Source: a virus
Taxonomy: Duplodnaviria; Caudoviricetes
IMG/VR virus record: IMGVR_UViG_3300033143_002805
Location: 1 to 54,888 of that record
Reading direction: 5' to 3' (one strand)
DNA: 54,888 nucleotides
How positions within the stretch are numbered: position 1 is the first letter of the stretch; every line of letters starts with the position of its first letter. A program made the translations under genes and the position numbers. This document shows, in pieces, positions 1 to 9,564 of the stretch. The notes beneath the pieces are model-generated. The model saw nothing but the letters and a program-made list of their open reading frames with translations, made no database searches and was not told the DNA's origin.

Positions 1-105
1 TGGGGAGTGGCCTCGTCCTTATTATCCAAACGGGGCATTTTCACCACCAAGAGGGGGTTCCAGAAAGTGTTTAGTGCAGGTTTGATTCCTGCCAAAGGAT
101 CAAGT

Positions 106-303
106 ATGCTCACAAAAGCACAATTTGAAACACTCACTCCATTTGATCGTGGGTATATTGTTTACCTGTGTGGCAACAAGAAGGATCAACCATGCATTCC
201 AAACGAACAAAACCCTTATGATGAAACAAGCAGCGAATACATACAGTGGAATCGTGGACAACATCAAGCGGTTACAGAAGCACAGGGTAATCCGCAACTT
301 TAG
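106..303 (+). CDS. Small Rmf/CrpP-like protein
   Basis: Likely start is ATG 106 after AAGGA. The pattern RGY..G..NPY..Y..W.RG resembles the ribosome modulation factor family. Confidence 0.4.
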   Translation: MLTKAQFETLTPFDRGYIVYLCGNKKDQPCIPNEQNPYDETSSEYIQWNRGQHQAVTEAQGNPQL

Positions 304-319
304 AGAAGAAAGGCACACC

Positions 320-634
320 ATGGACAATACAGATATGATCCAGCTATATCGGTTTAGGATCTGGCCCCACCCCTACGGCTCCTATAGAGTGGACGGCGAC
401 AATGCCGAAAAAAATTCATATAAATTTGATGAGGAGATTATGGTTCTAGATGTTCCGGCTGCGGGCCTTGGGGAGTTTCATCAAGAAAACGAGGTGTATA
501 CGATTGTCGACGGTACAGTCGATGAGCCAGTACTCGTAATCTTGTGCGACAACGGGCAAAAGGTACGCGACTATATATCTGGCCTTTTGTTTAGCTTCAA
601 GCTAGATGAAATCTTTAGCAAACAGAGAACGTAA
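320..634 (+). CDS. Hypothetical protein
   Basis: ATG at 320 after GAAAGG, in frame with ORF 125..634; fills the gap between neighbours. Confidence 0.6.
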   Translation: MDNTDMIQLYRFRIWPHPYGSYRVDGDNAEKNSYKFDEEIMVLDVPAAGLGEFHQENEVYTIVDGTVDEPVLVILCDNGQKVRDYISGLLFSFKLDEIFSKQRT

Positions 635-635
635 T

Positions 636-1109
636 ATGCCCCATAGCTTTAATCTATCAGCGAGGTTAAATTCGCCTTGCCCCGAAGATACTTTTAGTAT
701 TTTTAACAATTGGGCTATTAAAGCTACTGGAAATTTTCCACAATGTATACGAAATGCTGATCGTATTATTGATGATTGTAATAGACACTTTAAAGACATA
801 CATAAGCTAAGTGCGTTGGAACTCGGGTCGTTAGAGGGCCACTTATCGGTAACATTTGATAAACATTTTCGACAACTGACCTGTATTGAGGGTAGACCCT
901 ACCATTATTTAAAGGCCTTGGTAGCAAAAGAGCTGCTCGGGTTGAAAGCTAAGATTTTATGTGGCAACTTTATTAATTTTTTACGAGAGACAGACGAGAG
1001 ATGGGATGTGATTATAGCTACTGGTGTACTATACCATATGCACAATCCGATAGAGCTGATTAAGCTTATGTCGCAACATAGTGGGACTGCTGTTGCGATT
1101 CATAATTAA
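636..1109 (+). CDS. Class I SAM-dependent methyltransferase (short, possibly C-truncated)
   Basis: Motif I LELGSLEGH and later motif WDVIIATGVLYH..NP. Confidence 0.7.
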   Translation: MPHSFNLSARLNSPCPEDTFSIFNNWAIKATGNFPQCIRNADRIIDDCNRHFKDIHKLSALELGSLEGHLSVTFDKHFRQLTCIEGRPYHYLKALVAKELLGLKAKILCGNFINFLRETDERWDVIIATGVLYHMHNPIELIKLMSQHSGTAVAIHN

Positions 1110-1121
1110 CTGGAGAAAACA

Positions 1122-1403
1122 ATGAGAAACTTACTTATTATATTAGTAGCAGTATTGGCTTTAACGTTTGTAACAAGCACATGCTCTGCACAGAACGGAT
1201 GGCACAGGCACGGTAATATTGCACACGGTCATTATCATACCCAGTACCACTATCACTATCCCATTACTCATTGGCATTCAACCAGCACAAGCATACGTCC
1301 AGCATATATGTACGGTTATAATGTGAGATTCGGCCATCCCTCCTTCGTCAGATATTACCGTCATCACAGCCATATTCATTACTACTATCGTCGAGGATGG
1401 TAA
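1122..1403 (+). CDS. Secreted His/Tyr-rich small protein
   Basis: GGAG RBS, signal peptide ending CSA-Q, mature part rich in His/Tyr/Arg. Confidence 0.7.
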   Translation: MRNLLIILVAVLALTFVTSTCSAQNGWHRHGNIAHGHYHTQYHYHYPITHWHSTSTSIRPAYMYGYNVRFGHPSFVRYYRHHSHIHYYYRRGW

Positions 1404-1413
1404 AAATATTATT

Positions 1414-1842
1414 ATGAGGATACTAACAATCTTGTTTTTAGGAGCTATTATGGGATGTGATTTTCAAGGTAAGGATCTACCACCAGCATCAGCCAATGTC
1501 GAGACGACACTCACTGTCGCAGAACAATACCACGATGGTGACGAGATTATCATGCAGTTTAGTGCTGACTGGTGTGGTCCATGTCAACAGCTCAAGGCAA
1601 TGGCCAATGAGAGTCAGGCTCTACAAAAGCACTTCAATTCTACCAAGGGGTACTTTGTTATTGATATTGACGAGGAAGATACCTTTAGCAAGGCTTGGAC
1701 AGCTAAAGCTAATCCCGGTTCTATTCCAACAGTGATTCGCTACAGATATAAGGATGGGAAGTGGAGCGAGGGTATGCGTTTTGTAGGTTACCGTAACGAG
1801 GAAGCTTTCCTGTCCTTTTTAAAGGTCAAATGGCCGCTATAA
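1414..1842 (+). CDS. Thioredoxin with signal/lipoprotein peptide
   Basis: FSADWCGPC active site, SIPT cis-Pro motif, hydrophobic N-terminus ending IMGC. Confidence 0.85.
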   Translation: MRILTILFLGAIMGCDFQGKDLPPASANVETTLTVAEQYHDGDEIIMQFSADWCGPCQQLKAMANESQALQKHFNSTKGYFVIDIDEEDTFSKAWTAKANPGSIPTVIRYRYKDGKWSEGMRFVGYRNEEAFLSFLKVKWPL

Positions 1843-1843
1843 T
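1833..1843 (+). promoter_or_regulatory. Candidate promoter GCCGCTATAAT
   Basis: Identical 11-mer at 18501; lies upstream of the DUF1501 gene. Confidence 0.5.
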
Positions 1844-1886
1844 AAGGTAGAGAAAAAATAGAACAACCAAAAAAGAGGATATATCG

Positions 1887-3110
1887 ATGCAACGCAGGCA
1901 GTTTTTAGTTGGTAGTGCTGCTGGTTTAGGCAGTATGGCGTCTCTGGGGAACGTTACTTTCTCCCAAGATCTCACCAAAAAAGAAGAGAACGCAGTTATT
2001 TTCTTATTCTTGGGCGGTGGAGCATCTTCTGTTGAACTCTTCAATCCTATTCCTACAGCTGATTCAACCCACAGATCCGTAACAGGTTACGTTAACACGA
2101 ACGTTCCCGGTATGGAATTGGGTGGGCTTTTCAAAGATTTAGCTAAATATGGGAATCGCATAGCTCTTTTCAGGGGATTTCATCACCGAGATGCTAATCA
2201 TTCGAGTGCCACTCACTGGGTAGTCACTGGACAATCGAATTTTGGGGCTGGTACAACGCAAAAGTGGCCGAGTTATGGCTCAGCGGCGTCAGGATGGCTC
2301 GGAACAAATGCACTTAACGGTCTGCCCACATATATTAAAATGAACAGCATAGCCCACGACGACGCGGCGTTCATGGGTGGTAAATTTGTCGGCTACGACG
2401 CCACCCAACAGGGTCGTAAGGATCTCCTGCTCAGTATGGAACTCAAGCGATTCGAAAAGCGGCTGAAATTCCTGTCAGTTATCGACAAAGACTTCGGCAA
2501 GGGCCAACGGCTAGCTGAACAGTGGACCGAATTGCGTGGACAGGCCGTAGAAATCGTAGCAGGAGACGCTTCTGAAGCGTTTAAAATAGAAGCAGATGAA
2601 GATTATGATGCTTTCAAGGAGGACACTCTTGGACGAGATGCTTTGACTGCTGTAAAGATAATTCAGGCAGGCTCTCGATTCGTGACGTTGAGCTATAATG
2701 GATGGGATATGCATAGTAATATTTTACAAGGGATGAACACAAGGCAACCTATACTAGATAAGTACATTGCTTTACTTCTTGATACTTTACGCAAAAGGGG
2801 AATGAATAAAAAGACCATGTTGGTAGTTACATCGGAGTTTGGTCGAACTCCTATCAATGCTAATGCTGGTCGTGATCACAACGCGAGAATTGGCAATCTA
2901 ATGATCGCTTGTGACTCATATGAAATGGGAAAAGTTGTCGGTTCAACTGACCCGCTGGGGACAGAGGCTACGGAAGGCCTATGTCAGCCAAAAGACTTAC
3001 GATGGACTATATTTGACCATTTACAAATGCCAAAAGAGATGAAGTGGACTGGATTAGATGGTCGACCGATGCACTTAGTAGAATCAGAGTCAAAGAATAT
3101 ACTTAAATAA
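1887..3110 (+). CDS. DUF1501 family protein with Tat signal
   Basis: MQRRQFL twin-Arg signal; motifs VIFLFLGGG.S..E.F.P, GWDMH, SEFGRTP..N..GRDH. Confidence 0.85.
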   Translation: MQRRQFLVGSAAGLGSMASLGNVTFSQDLTKKEENAVIFLFLGGGASSVELFNPIPTADSTHRSVTGYVNTNVPGMELGGLFKDLAKYGNRIALFRGFHHRDANHSSATHWVVTGQSNFGAGTTQKWPSYGSAASGWLGTNALNGLPTYIKMNSIAHDDAAFMGGKFVGYDATQQGRKDLLLSMELKRFEKRLKFLSVIDKDFGKGQRLAEQWTELRGQAVEIVAGDASEAFKIEADEDYDAFKEDTLGRDALTAVKIIQAGSRFVTLSYNGWDMHSNILQGMNTRQPILDKYIALLLDTLRKRGMNKKTMLVVTSEFGRTPINANAGRDHNARIGNLMIACDSYEMGKVVGSTDPLGTEATEGLCQPKDLRWTIFDHLQMPKEMKWTGLDGRPMHLVESESKNILK

Positions 3111-3186
3111 CTAACACATGGGGAATTACCATGAGTGAAAACATTTATTATGATAATAATAATCCCGCCGACTGGCTAGACATCTG

Positions 3187-3546
3187 ATGTATACTTACAA
3201 AGCTAAATTAGTACGTGTGATTGATGGCGATTCTGTCGTTTTAGACATTGATCTAGGTCTAAACGTCTGGCAATGCAACGAGCACTGTCGTCTCTATGGC
3301 ATCAATACCCCAGAAATTCGTGGTGGTACACCCGAAACAAAAGCTGCGGGATTCGACGCTAAGATCGAACTAGCAGAACTCATAGCTAATTCTGATGGTA
3401 AGTTGATAATTCGAACCCACTTGGATAAAGAAGGAAAGTTTGGTCGTCTGCTGGTTATTTTGCATCATACAGAAGATATAGAGCTGAAATATAGTTTTAA
3501 CGACCTAATGGTTAAGTCAGGTCACGCAGAATATAAAATTTATTAG
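3187..3546 (+). CDS. Thermonuclease (SNase) family nuclease
   Basis: RVIDGDSV, RLYGINTPE, GKFGRLL motifs. Confidence 0.9.
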   Translation: MYTYKAKLVRVIDGDSVVLDIDLGLNVWQCNEHCRLYGINTPEIRGGTPETKAAGFDAKIELAELIANSDGKLIIRTHLDKEGKFGRLLVILHHTEDIELKYSFNDLMVKSGHAEYKIY

Positions 3547-3567
3547 TCTTCACTGACGGATTCGCAA

Positions 3568-3575
3568 CGTATAAT
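3568..3575 (+). promoter_or_regulatory. Candidate promoter -10 (CGTATAAT)
   Basis: Intergenic TATAAT preceded by CG, like the other copies in the window. Confidence 0.45.
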
Positions 3576-3576
3576 T

Positions 3577-3610
3577 ACCGTAAGAGGGTAAATCCCCTTA
3601 CGGTTTTTTT
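3577..3610 (+). terminator. Intrinsic terminator
   Basis: Stem ACCGTAAG(A)GGG / CCCCTTACGGT followed by a T run. Confidence 0.75.
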
Positions 3611-3639
3611 GTGTCTATACGAACGGAGTGCTGCGAAAA

Positions 3640-4719
3640 ATGAAACAGATCAATCTTCAAGTGGCAATAAATTCTCTGGGCTATGGAGTTGTAGGATATA
3701 ATGTACATCAGCAACTAAACCAAACAGAGGACGTAACACTGTGGCCTATCGGCGGTCAGGTACAACCTCCATGCGAAATCAGTGAGATAGGTGTTCAGCA
3801 GATCAAAATTGATATCGGCAAACAGAATACCTTTGATCCCACCTTACCATTTCTTAAGATATGGCATGAGAACCAATTGGCAGAGCGTATTGGCAGTGGT
3901 CGTTATTCCGCTCTATCCTTTTTTGAAGTAAACAAATTTGATGATCGCCGCAAGTCGCACCTGCTATCGTTAGATAATATCATTGTTCCGTCTCGCTGGG
4001 CAGGGGATATTGTCTTCGACCAGTGCCATGTCAAGCCTGCTGTCGTCCCTATGGGCGTGAATCGGGACATCTTTAACGAGAGTTTTAATACTATCCAGCC
4101 CCACAGGTGCATCTTTTTTAATTGTGGAAAGTGGGAGGTAAGAAAGGGTCACGATATTCTGGGTGAAGCATTTAAAGATGCGTTTTCAAATCAAACCAAC
4201 GTAGAACTATGGCTGATGACAGAAAATCCTTTTCTTAACGCCGACGAAAGGCGATATTGGGAGAACCTTTACCGTGGTGACCGTCGTATAAAGATAATGT
4301 CTCGGGTTCAGTATCAAGAAGAGCTAGCACAGATCATGAGTCAAGTACATTGTGGTGTCTTCCCTGCTCGTGCAGAGGGTTGGAACCTAGAGCTATTAGA
4401 GTTAATGAGTATGGGCAAGCAAGTGATTACAACTAATTATTCTGCTCATACTGAATTTTGTACCGAAGCAAATGCTAGACTAATAAGTATAGTAGATGAA
4501 GAGCCCATGTTCGATGGTAAATGGTTTACTGGAGACTGTGGAGTATGGGCCTCGCTAGATGATCAACCTTATGATCAGCTAGTGACACATCTACAGGACG
4601 AATATAAGTCTTGGGTGAATGATCCCACCGTACTTAATACAGCGGGCATAGAGACTGCGGAGAATTTAACCTGGAATAAGACCGCCACTAGATTATTGGA
4701 GATAGCGGCTCATGACTAA
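3640..4719 (+). CDS. Glycosyltransferase, GT4/GT-B
   Basis: GKWEVRKGHD and FPARAEGWNLELLELMSMG (E-x7-E) motifs. Confidence 0.85.
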   Translation: MKQINLQVAINSLGYGVVGYNVHQQLNQTEDVTLWPIGGQVQPPCEISEIGVQQIKIDIGKQNTFDPTLPFLKIWHENQLAERIGSGRYSALSFFEVNKFDDRRKSHLLSLDNIIVPSRWAGDIVFDQCHVKPAVVPMGVNRDIFNESFNTIQPHRCIFFNCGKWEVRKGHDILGEAFKDAFSNQTNVELWLMTENPFLNADERRYWENLYRGDRRIKIMSRVQYQEELAQIMSQVHCGVFPARAEGWNLELLELMSMGKQVITTNYSAHTEFCTEANARLISIVDEEPMFDGKWFTGDCGVWASLDDQPYDQLVTHLQDEYKSWVNDPTVLNTAGIETAENLTWNKTATRLLEIAAHD

Positions 4720-5176
4720 CACTGTGCTTGTCCAGCGACTTACGGAAGAGGCGACTGTCCCCACTCAAGCACATGAAAATGATGCGGGCTGGGACTTGTA
4801 TTCTATTGAAGACATTTCGATCAACGGAGGGGAGCGGCGAACCATTAAAACTGGAATCGCTTTCCAAATTCCAAATGGTCATGCTGGGCTTATCTGGCCT
4901 CGTTCGGGACTCGCTGTCAAAAAGGGCCTGGACATATTAGCAGGAGTGATTGACTCAGACTATCGTGGGGAGATTAAGGTGTGTCTATTTAATTCTACTA
5001 TACCTCTTCCTCTATGGGAGACTCCTCAAAGTGATGATGTGCGAGTGGATATTAAAAAAGGAGATAGAATCGCTCAGATAATATTCCATTCTCTACCTAA
5101 GTTCATAATGATGGAAGTCTATAGTCTTAACGACACGGAAAGATCTATGTCTGGGTTTGGGAGTAGCGGAACATGA
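4712..5176 (+). CDS. dut: dUTPase (trimeric)
   Basis: AGWDL, PRSGLA, GVIDSDYRGE, RIAQ, GFGSSG. Confidence 0.95.
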   Translation: MTNTVLVQRLTEEATVPTQAHENDAGWDLYSIEDISINGGERRTIKTGIAFQIPNGHAGLIWPRSGLAVKKGLDILAGVIDSDYRGEIKVCLFNSTIPLPLWETPQSDDVRVDIKKGDRIAQIIFHSLPKFIMMEVYSLNDTERSMSGFGSSGT

Positions 5177-6183
5177 AAATAGAAGAAGATATAAAACTAG
5201 ATTTTCAAGATGTTCTTATCCGCCCCAAGCGATCTAGAATGGCAAGTCGCAAGTGCGTTGATTTAGAGAAGACGTATCGCTTTCTTAATAGTAAGCAGTT
5301 GTGGCGAGGTGTTCCTATCATTGCTGCAAACCTAGACACAGTTGGTACTTTCGCTATGGCTGTCGCCTTGGCGGAACAGAAGATGATGACGTGCTTGCAT
5401 AAGTTTTATGATCCTAGTGAGGTTCAGAAGTTTGTCCAACATACCCCGTACGAAGATCAAGCGTTTTACACTATTGGCGGCACACTTGACATGCTTCTTG
5501 GATGGACTCCTAAGTTAATCTGTATAGATGTTGCCAATGGTTACACCGAGACGTTTGTAGACCATGTGAAGCTAGTTCGTACGGCGTTTCCTGAGTCTAT
5601 CATTATGGCCGGTAACGTCGCCACTAGAGAGATGACTGAGACACTCTTGATTCAAGGAGCTGACATTGTAAAGGTAGGGATTGGCCCAGGCTCCCTCTGC
5701 ACAACGAGAAAAGTAGCTGGAGTGGGATTTCCTCAATTGTCTGCCATTGATGAGTGTGCAGATGCCGCTCATGGCCTGGGTGGACACATCTGTGCTGATG
5801 GCGGATGCACCACTCCCGGCGATGTGGCTAAAGCATTTGGTGCTGGGGCTGACTTTGTGATGCTAGGAGGTCTTTTAAGTGGCTGCGATGAATGCGAAGG
5901 GGAATGGATAGATAAAGATGGACAGAAGTATCTACAAATTCATGGCATGGCCAGCAAAGCGGCGATGGATAAGCACAATGGAGGTCAAGGAGACTACAGG
6001 GCCGCAGAAGGCAAGGCAGTAGAAGTGCTGTCGAAAGGACCAGTGAAAAATGTTTTGCAAGAAATAACGGGCGGCTTGCGAAGTGCGTGTGCCTATGTTG
6101 GAGCCAGTAGATTGAAAGACCTACCGAAGTGTACAACCTTTATAAGGGTGGGTCGAACTCACAATACAATTTATGGAGAGTGA
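5173..6183 (+). CDS. guaC: GMP reductase
   Basis: MKIEEDIKLDF.DVLIRPKRS N-terminus, IDVANGY, KVGIGPGSLCTTR, YRAAEGK. Confidence 0.92.
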   Translation: MKIEEDIKLDFQDVLIRPKRSRMASRKCVDLEKTYRFLNSKQLWRGVPIIAANLDTVGTFAMAVALAEQKMMTCLHKFYDPSEVQKFVQHTPYEDQAFYTIGGTLDMLLGWTPKLICIDVANGYTETFVDHVKLVRTAFPESIIMAGNVATREMTETLLIQGADIVKVGIGPGSLCTTRKVAGVGFPQLSAIDECADAAHGLGGHICADGGCTTPGDVAKAFGAGADFVMLGGLLSGCDECEGEWIDKDGQKYLQIHGMASKAAMDKHNGGQGDYRAAEGKAVEVLSKGPVKNVLQEITGGLRSACAYVGASRLKDLPKCTTFIRVGRTHNTIYGE

Positions 6184-6216
6184 AGTAGTCAAGCCTCCTG
6201 AAAGGCACCCGAGCTT

Positions 6217-6558
6217 ATGGACATGAAGATATGTATTCGATGTAAGATTAATCAGCCTACTACAAAGTTTGCTCGACATACAGGTCATAAAGACAATCTC
6301 GATGGACGATGTAAGCAATGTATAAACAAGGCTGGTGTCCTACGACATAAGTTAAGAAAGGTAGCACCACCAATGCCCGATACTTGCGACTGCTGTAATA
6401 AACCAGCCAAGAAAACTCTCTGCCTAGACCATGATCACGAAACATTAAAATTTCGGGGATGGATATGCGAATATTGTAATAGAGGTATAGGACAATTAGG
6501 TGATACATTGTCGGGCGTTATGAACGCAGTAGCTTACTTGCAAAAAGAGGTTGTATAA
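6217..6558 (+). CDS. Endonuclease VII-type (HNH) endonuclease, likely homing
   Basis: C..C..LCLDHDH..FRGWIC..CNRGIG.LGD. Confidence 0.85.
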   Translation: MDMKICIRCKINQPTTKFARHTGHKDNLDGRCKQCINKAGVLRHKLRKVAPPMPDTCDCCNKPAKKTLCLDHDHETLKFRGWICEYCNRGIGQLGDTLSGVMNAVAYLQKEVV

Positions 6559-7667
6559 TGAAGGTCGCATTATTCGGTGCAGGACAGATGGGTTTTACAA
6601 TTGCCTACATGCTTAAATTGCTAGGCAACTATCACATTACCTGCTTTGATAGACGTACACATCCACCCCTCTTAGAGTGCGACGAATATGTTCGTCTTGA
6701 ATTAAACCAGGCAAATAGCGGCGGGTCGACATTCGGATTCGGTGGAGACGAGTGGGGATGGGTAGACTCCCTAGTAGGACAAGGATTTGATATTGTACTC
6801 TCTGCTTTACCATGCATGCATAATGAACATATAGCTACTCTTGCCATAGGAGAAGATATACCTTACTTCGATCTTGGTGGATCAGTTGAAGTAGCAGATA
6901 AAATAAATAAACTAGGACGGGAGCATGGAGCTACGGTCTTTACTGACCTGGGGCTAGCTCCTGGCTGGGCAAATATTATGGCCGAAGAAGCATATAGCAC
7001 ATTTAAAAAAGCAGAGGTTGAGCCTCTGGAAATTAATATGAGATGCGGCGGATTGCCCGCTGCTTGTAATCCAAAAGACCCTTTCAACTATAAACTAACT
7101 TGGTCGATTGATGGGTTATACAATGAGTACGTAGCTGATAGTGAGCTTCTAGAACATGGAAAAATTAAGACCGTTCCGTCTCTTGGCGGGATTTGTCTAA
7201 CACAGATACAGGCTAATTGGCAAGGGAATAATGTAAAACTAGAAGAGTTTTATACTAGCGGCGGAGCTTCACATACCTTGGAACTAATGCAGAAACGTGG
7301 AGTAGAAAACTGTAATTATAAAACACTAAGATACCCAGGACACGCACAACTGATTGATTACTTTATTAATGAGAAACAGTATAATAAGAAACAACTATCT
7401 GAATTATTTTGTGACCATAAAGGAGCTGATATAGTAGTAGTCCACTGTAATGCTCGCTCTGTACATGATAGTTTAGTATACAACAAGACTTATATCATTA
7501 GAGCCAAAGAGGGCTTTAGTGCTATGCAGTTATCAACAGCCAGTGCTTTCGTTTCGGCAGTACGAGCATCACCATTAACCAAAGGACAACCATTAAACTA
7601 TTCAGATATTAAGCTAGACATGTTTAATCGAGATATGGATAGGTTAGGTTTTTCGGAGGAAAATTAA
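6558..7667 (+). CDS. Saccharopine/lysine 6-dehydrogenase family oxidoreductase
   Basis: Rossmann GAGQMG; GLAPG, YKLTWS.DGL.NEY, YKTLRYPGH. Confidence 0.85.
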   Translation: MKVALFGAGQMGFTIAYMLKLLGNYHITCFDRRTHPPLLECDEYVRLELNQANSGGSTFGFGGDEWGWVDSLVGQGFDIVLSALPCMHNEHIATLAIGEDIPYFDLGGSVEVADKINKLGREHGATVFTDLGLAPGWANIMAEEAYSTFKKAEVEPLEINMRCGGLPAACNPKDPFNYKLTWSIDGLYNEYVADSELLEHGKIKTVPSLGGICLTQIQANWQGNNVKLEEFYTSGGASHTLELMQKRGVENCNYKTLRYPGHAQLIDYFINEKQYNKKQLSELFCDHKGADIVVVHCNARSVHDSLVYNKTYIIRAKEGFSAMQLSTASAFVSAVRASPLTKGQPLNYSDIKLDMFNRDMDRLGFSEEN

Positions 7668-7691
7668 ATATAATATTTTTAAGCGGAAGGG

Positions 7692-8090
7692 ATGATAATG
7701 GCTTTACTGAGGTTGATATTAAGGTGGTTTGATAAGGTAGTTTTTCTGCCAAAACCAGAAGAAACAGAACAAACTGCAGGTGGCGGAGGTGTGCTCTCTA
7801 TAGGATACGAAGTAGAGGCTGGTGATCTATCTGTAGATGTTGACATAACAGACAAGGGGGATGTGTCTGTCGAGTTGCTTGCTCTCATCCTTTTCCAGCT
7901 AGAGAATGGCACTCTCTCTTCATTTTTCTATCAGGCGTTAATAGTCTGGGCCGAAGAAAACCCAGAAAGACTTATCTTTAACGAAGCAGTCGGAACTAGA
8001 ATAGGAGAGTTACGAGGGTCCGAAGTGGGAGAACGTAAATTAGCAGTTGATCCGAGTGCCGTATTCAACTTTAGGGACATGAAGAAATGA
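7692..8090 (+). CDS. Hypothetical protein
   Basis: ORF coupled to thyA by an ATGA overlap. Confidence 0.65.
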   Translation: MIMALLRLILRWFDKVVFLPKPEETEQTAGGGGVLSIGYEVEAGDLSVDVDITDKGDVSVELLALILFQLENGTLSSFFYQALIVWAEENPERLIFNEAVGTRIGELRGSEVGERKLAVDPSAVFNFRDMKK

Positions 8091-9058
8091 AACAGTACTT
8101 AGACATAGTGAAGAACGTATTAAATAACGGACAATGGAAACAAAATAGAACGGGAACACAGGCGACCACCACTTTTTGTGAAATCTTTCGGCATCAAATG
8201 TCAGACGGATTTCCACTTTTAACTACCAAAAAAATGTACACTCAGGGCGTAGCAGTCGAACTAGAAGGCTTTATTCAGGGTATAACAGATAAGAGATGGT
8301 TCCAGAAACGTAAATGTAACATTTGGAATGAGTGGGCCAATCCCGAAACAGTTGAAAGGGACTGGATAAAAAGAATGAAGTTCTTGGGGATGAGTGGCCA
8401 ACGTTTACAGGGGACAATAAAGAAACAAGCAGAGAAAGCTACAAAAGATTTGGGTCCGATATATGGCTATCAATGGCGTCATTTTGACCAACATTATTCT
8501 ACTAGCGATGGTGGACCTAAGACCTTTTTGGATAGAATAAGCCTGGATTGGGCTGTAAATGGAGTCGAAAGGGGGGTTGATCAATTAAAAAATGTAGTAA
8601 AAACTTTAAAAACTAATCCAGACGACCGCAGAATGGTTGTTTTGGCGTGGAATCCTAATCAACTTTCCCAAATGGCGTTGCCGCCTTGCCATTATGCGTT
8701 CACTCTCGTTCACATCAATGGTGTATTAAATCTTAGTTGGAAGCAGCGTTCCTGTGACATGATGCTAGGGGTTCCGTTTAATATTGCCAACTACGCATTA
8801 CTTTTGTTACTACTGTGTAAGGAGAGCGGTCTAGTACCAGGAGAACTAGTGGGGGTTCTTGAAGACTGTCACATCTATGAAACTCAAATAAAAAGTGCAA
8901 TCGCACAAACTAGTCGCAAGCCCTATAAGCTACCGACTGTTACTGTTGGCAACGACGAACCTAGCGGTTTCGATATCTTTAGCTGGACGCACGAGGATTT
9001 GTTTGTACATAATTATGAGAGCCATCCAAAAATAGACTTCGGACCAGTCGCAATATGA
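8087..9058 (+). CDS. thyA: Thymidylate synthase
   Basis: GFPLLTTKK, LGPIYGYQWR, MALPPCH, QRSCD..LGVPFNIA.Y. Confidence 0.95.
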   Translation: MKQYLDIVKNVLNNGQWKQNRTGTQATTTFCEIFRHQMSDGFPLLTTKKMYTQGVAVELEGFIQGITDKRWFQKRKCNIWNEWANPETVERDWIKRMKFLGMSGQRLQGTIKKQAEKATKDLGPIYGYQWRHFDQHYSTSDGGPKTFLDRISLDWAVNGVERGVDQLKNVVKTLKTNPDDRRMVVLAWNPNQLSQMALPPCHYAFTLVHINGVLNLSWKQRSCDMMLGVPFNIANYALLLLLLCKESGLVPGELVGVLEDCHIYETQIKSAIAQTSRKPYKLPTVTVGNDEPSGFDIFSWTHEDLFVHNYESHPKIDFGPVAI

Positions 9059-9564
9059 GGTATGATACTATGAGCGAACATAACGAATTGAATATAGATG
9101 GAGAATTAGCTCCCTACCCATCAGGTAATGATGTTTATTGGGAGAAGTGGACTGATGCTTATAACAACGACGGTATTGAAGCATCAAAAAAACTGATAGA
9201 AGACATTAGAGAGGACGAATACGATCTAGAAGATGACGACGAAAGACTTGCCTTAGATAAAGACGAAGACATTCCGTTTTTCGACACACACATCCAAACT
9301 ATACTAACTCCATTCGGAGTCTTACCGCTAACTGAGGACTCTTTTGTCAGTAATCACTTTAAGTTTTGGGTAGGACACGCTAACTTTAAACTTTGGGACG
9401 CTTACTATAAGGTAATCGGAGATATACTAGGAGTTGAATCCGTTGACATACTTACCCCTCTTCGCTTTCGCATTGCCGTAGGCAAGATGTTCAAGGATGA
9501 AGACGTAATGAGTCGGGTAAGGTCAGCATTACTAGAGGTCGTGAGCAATGAGTCTAAAGAATAG
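9055..9564 (+). CDS. Hypothetical acidic protein
   Basis: ORF overlapping both neighbours in an operon-like arrangement. Confidence 0.7.
   Translation: MRYDTMSEHNELNIDGELAPYPSGNDVYWEKWTDAYNNDGIEASKKLIEDIREDEYDLEDDDERLALDKDEDIPFFDTHIQTILTPFGVLPLTEDSFVSNHFKFWVGHANFKLWDAYYKVIGDILGVESVDILTPLRFRIAVGKMFKDEDVMSRVRSALLEVVSNESKE

Noticed and set aside
6187-6222. Small hairpin before the EndoVII gene
   Set aside because: Stems are only 3-4 bp, too weak to call.
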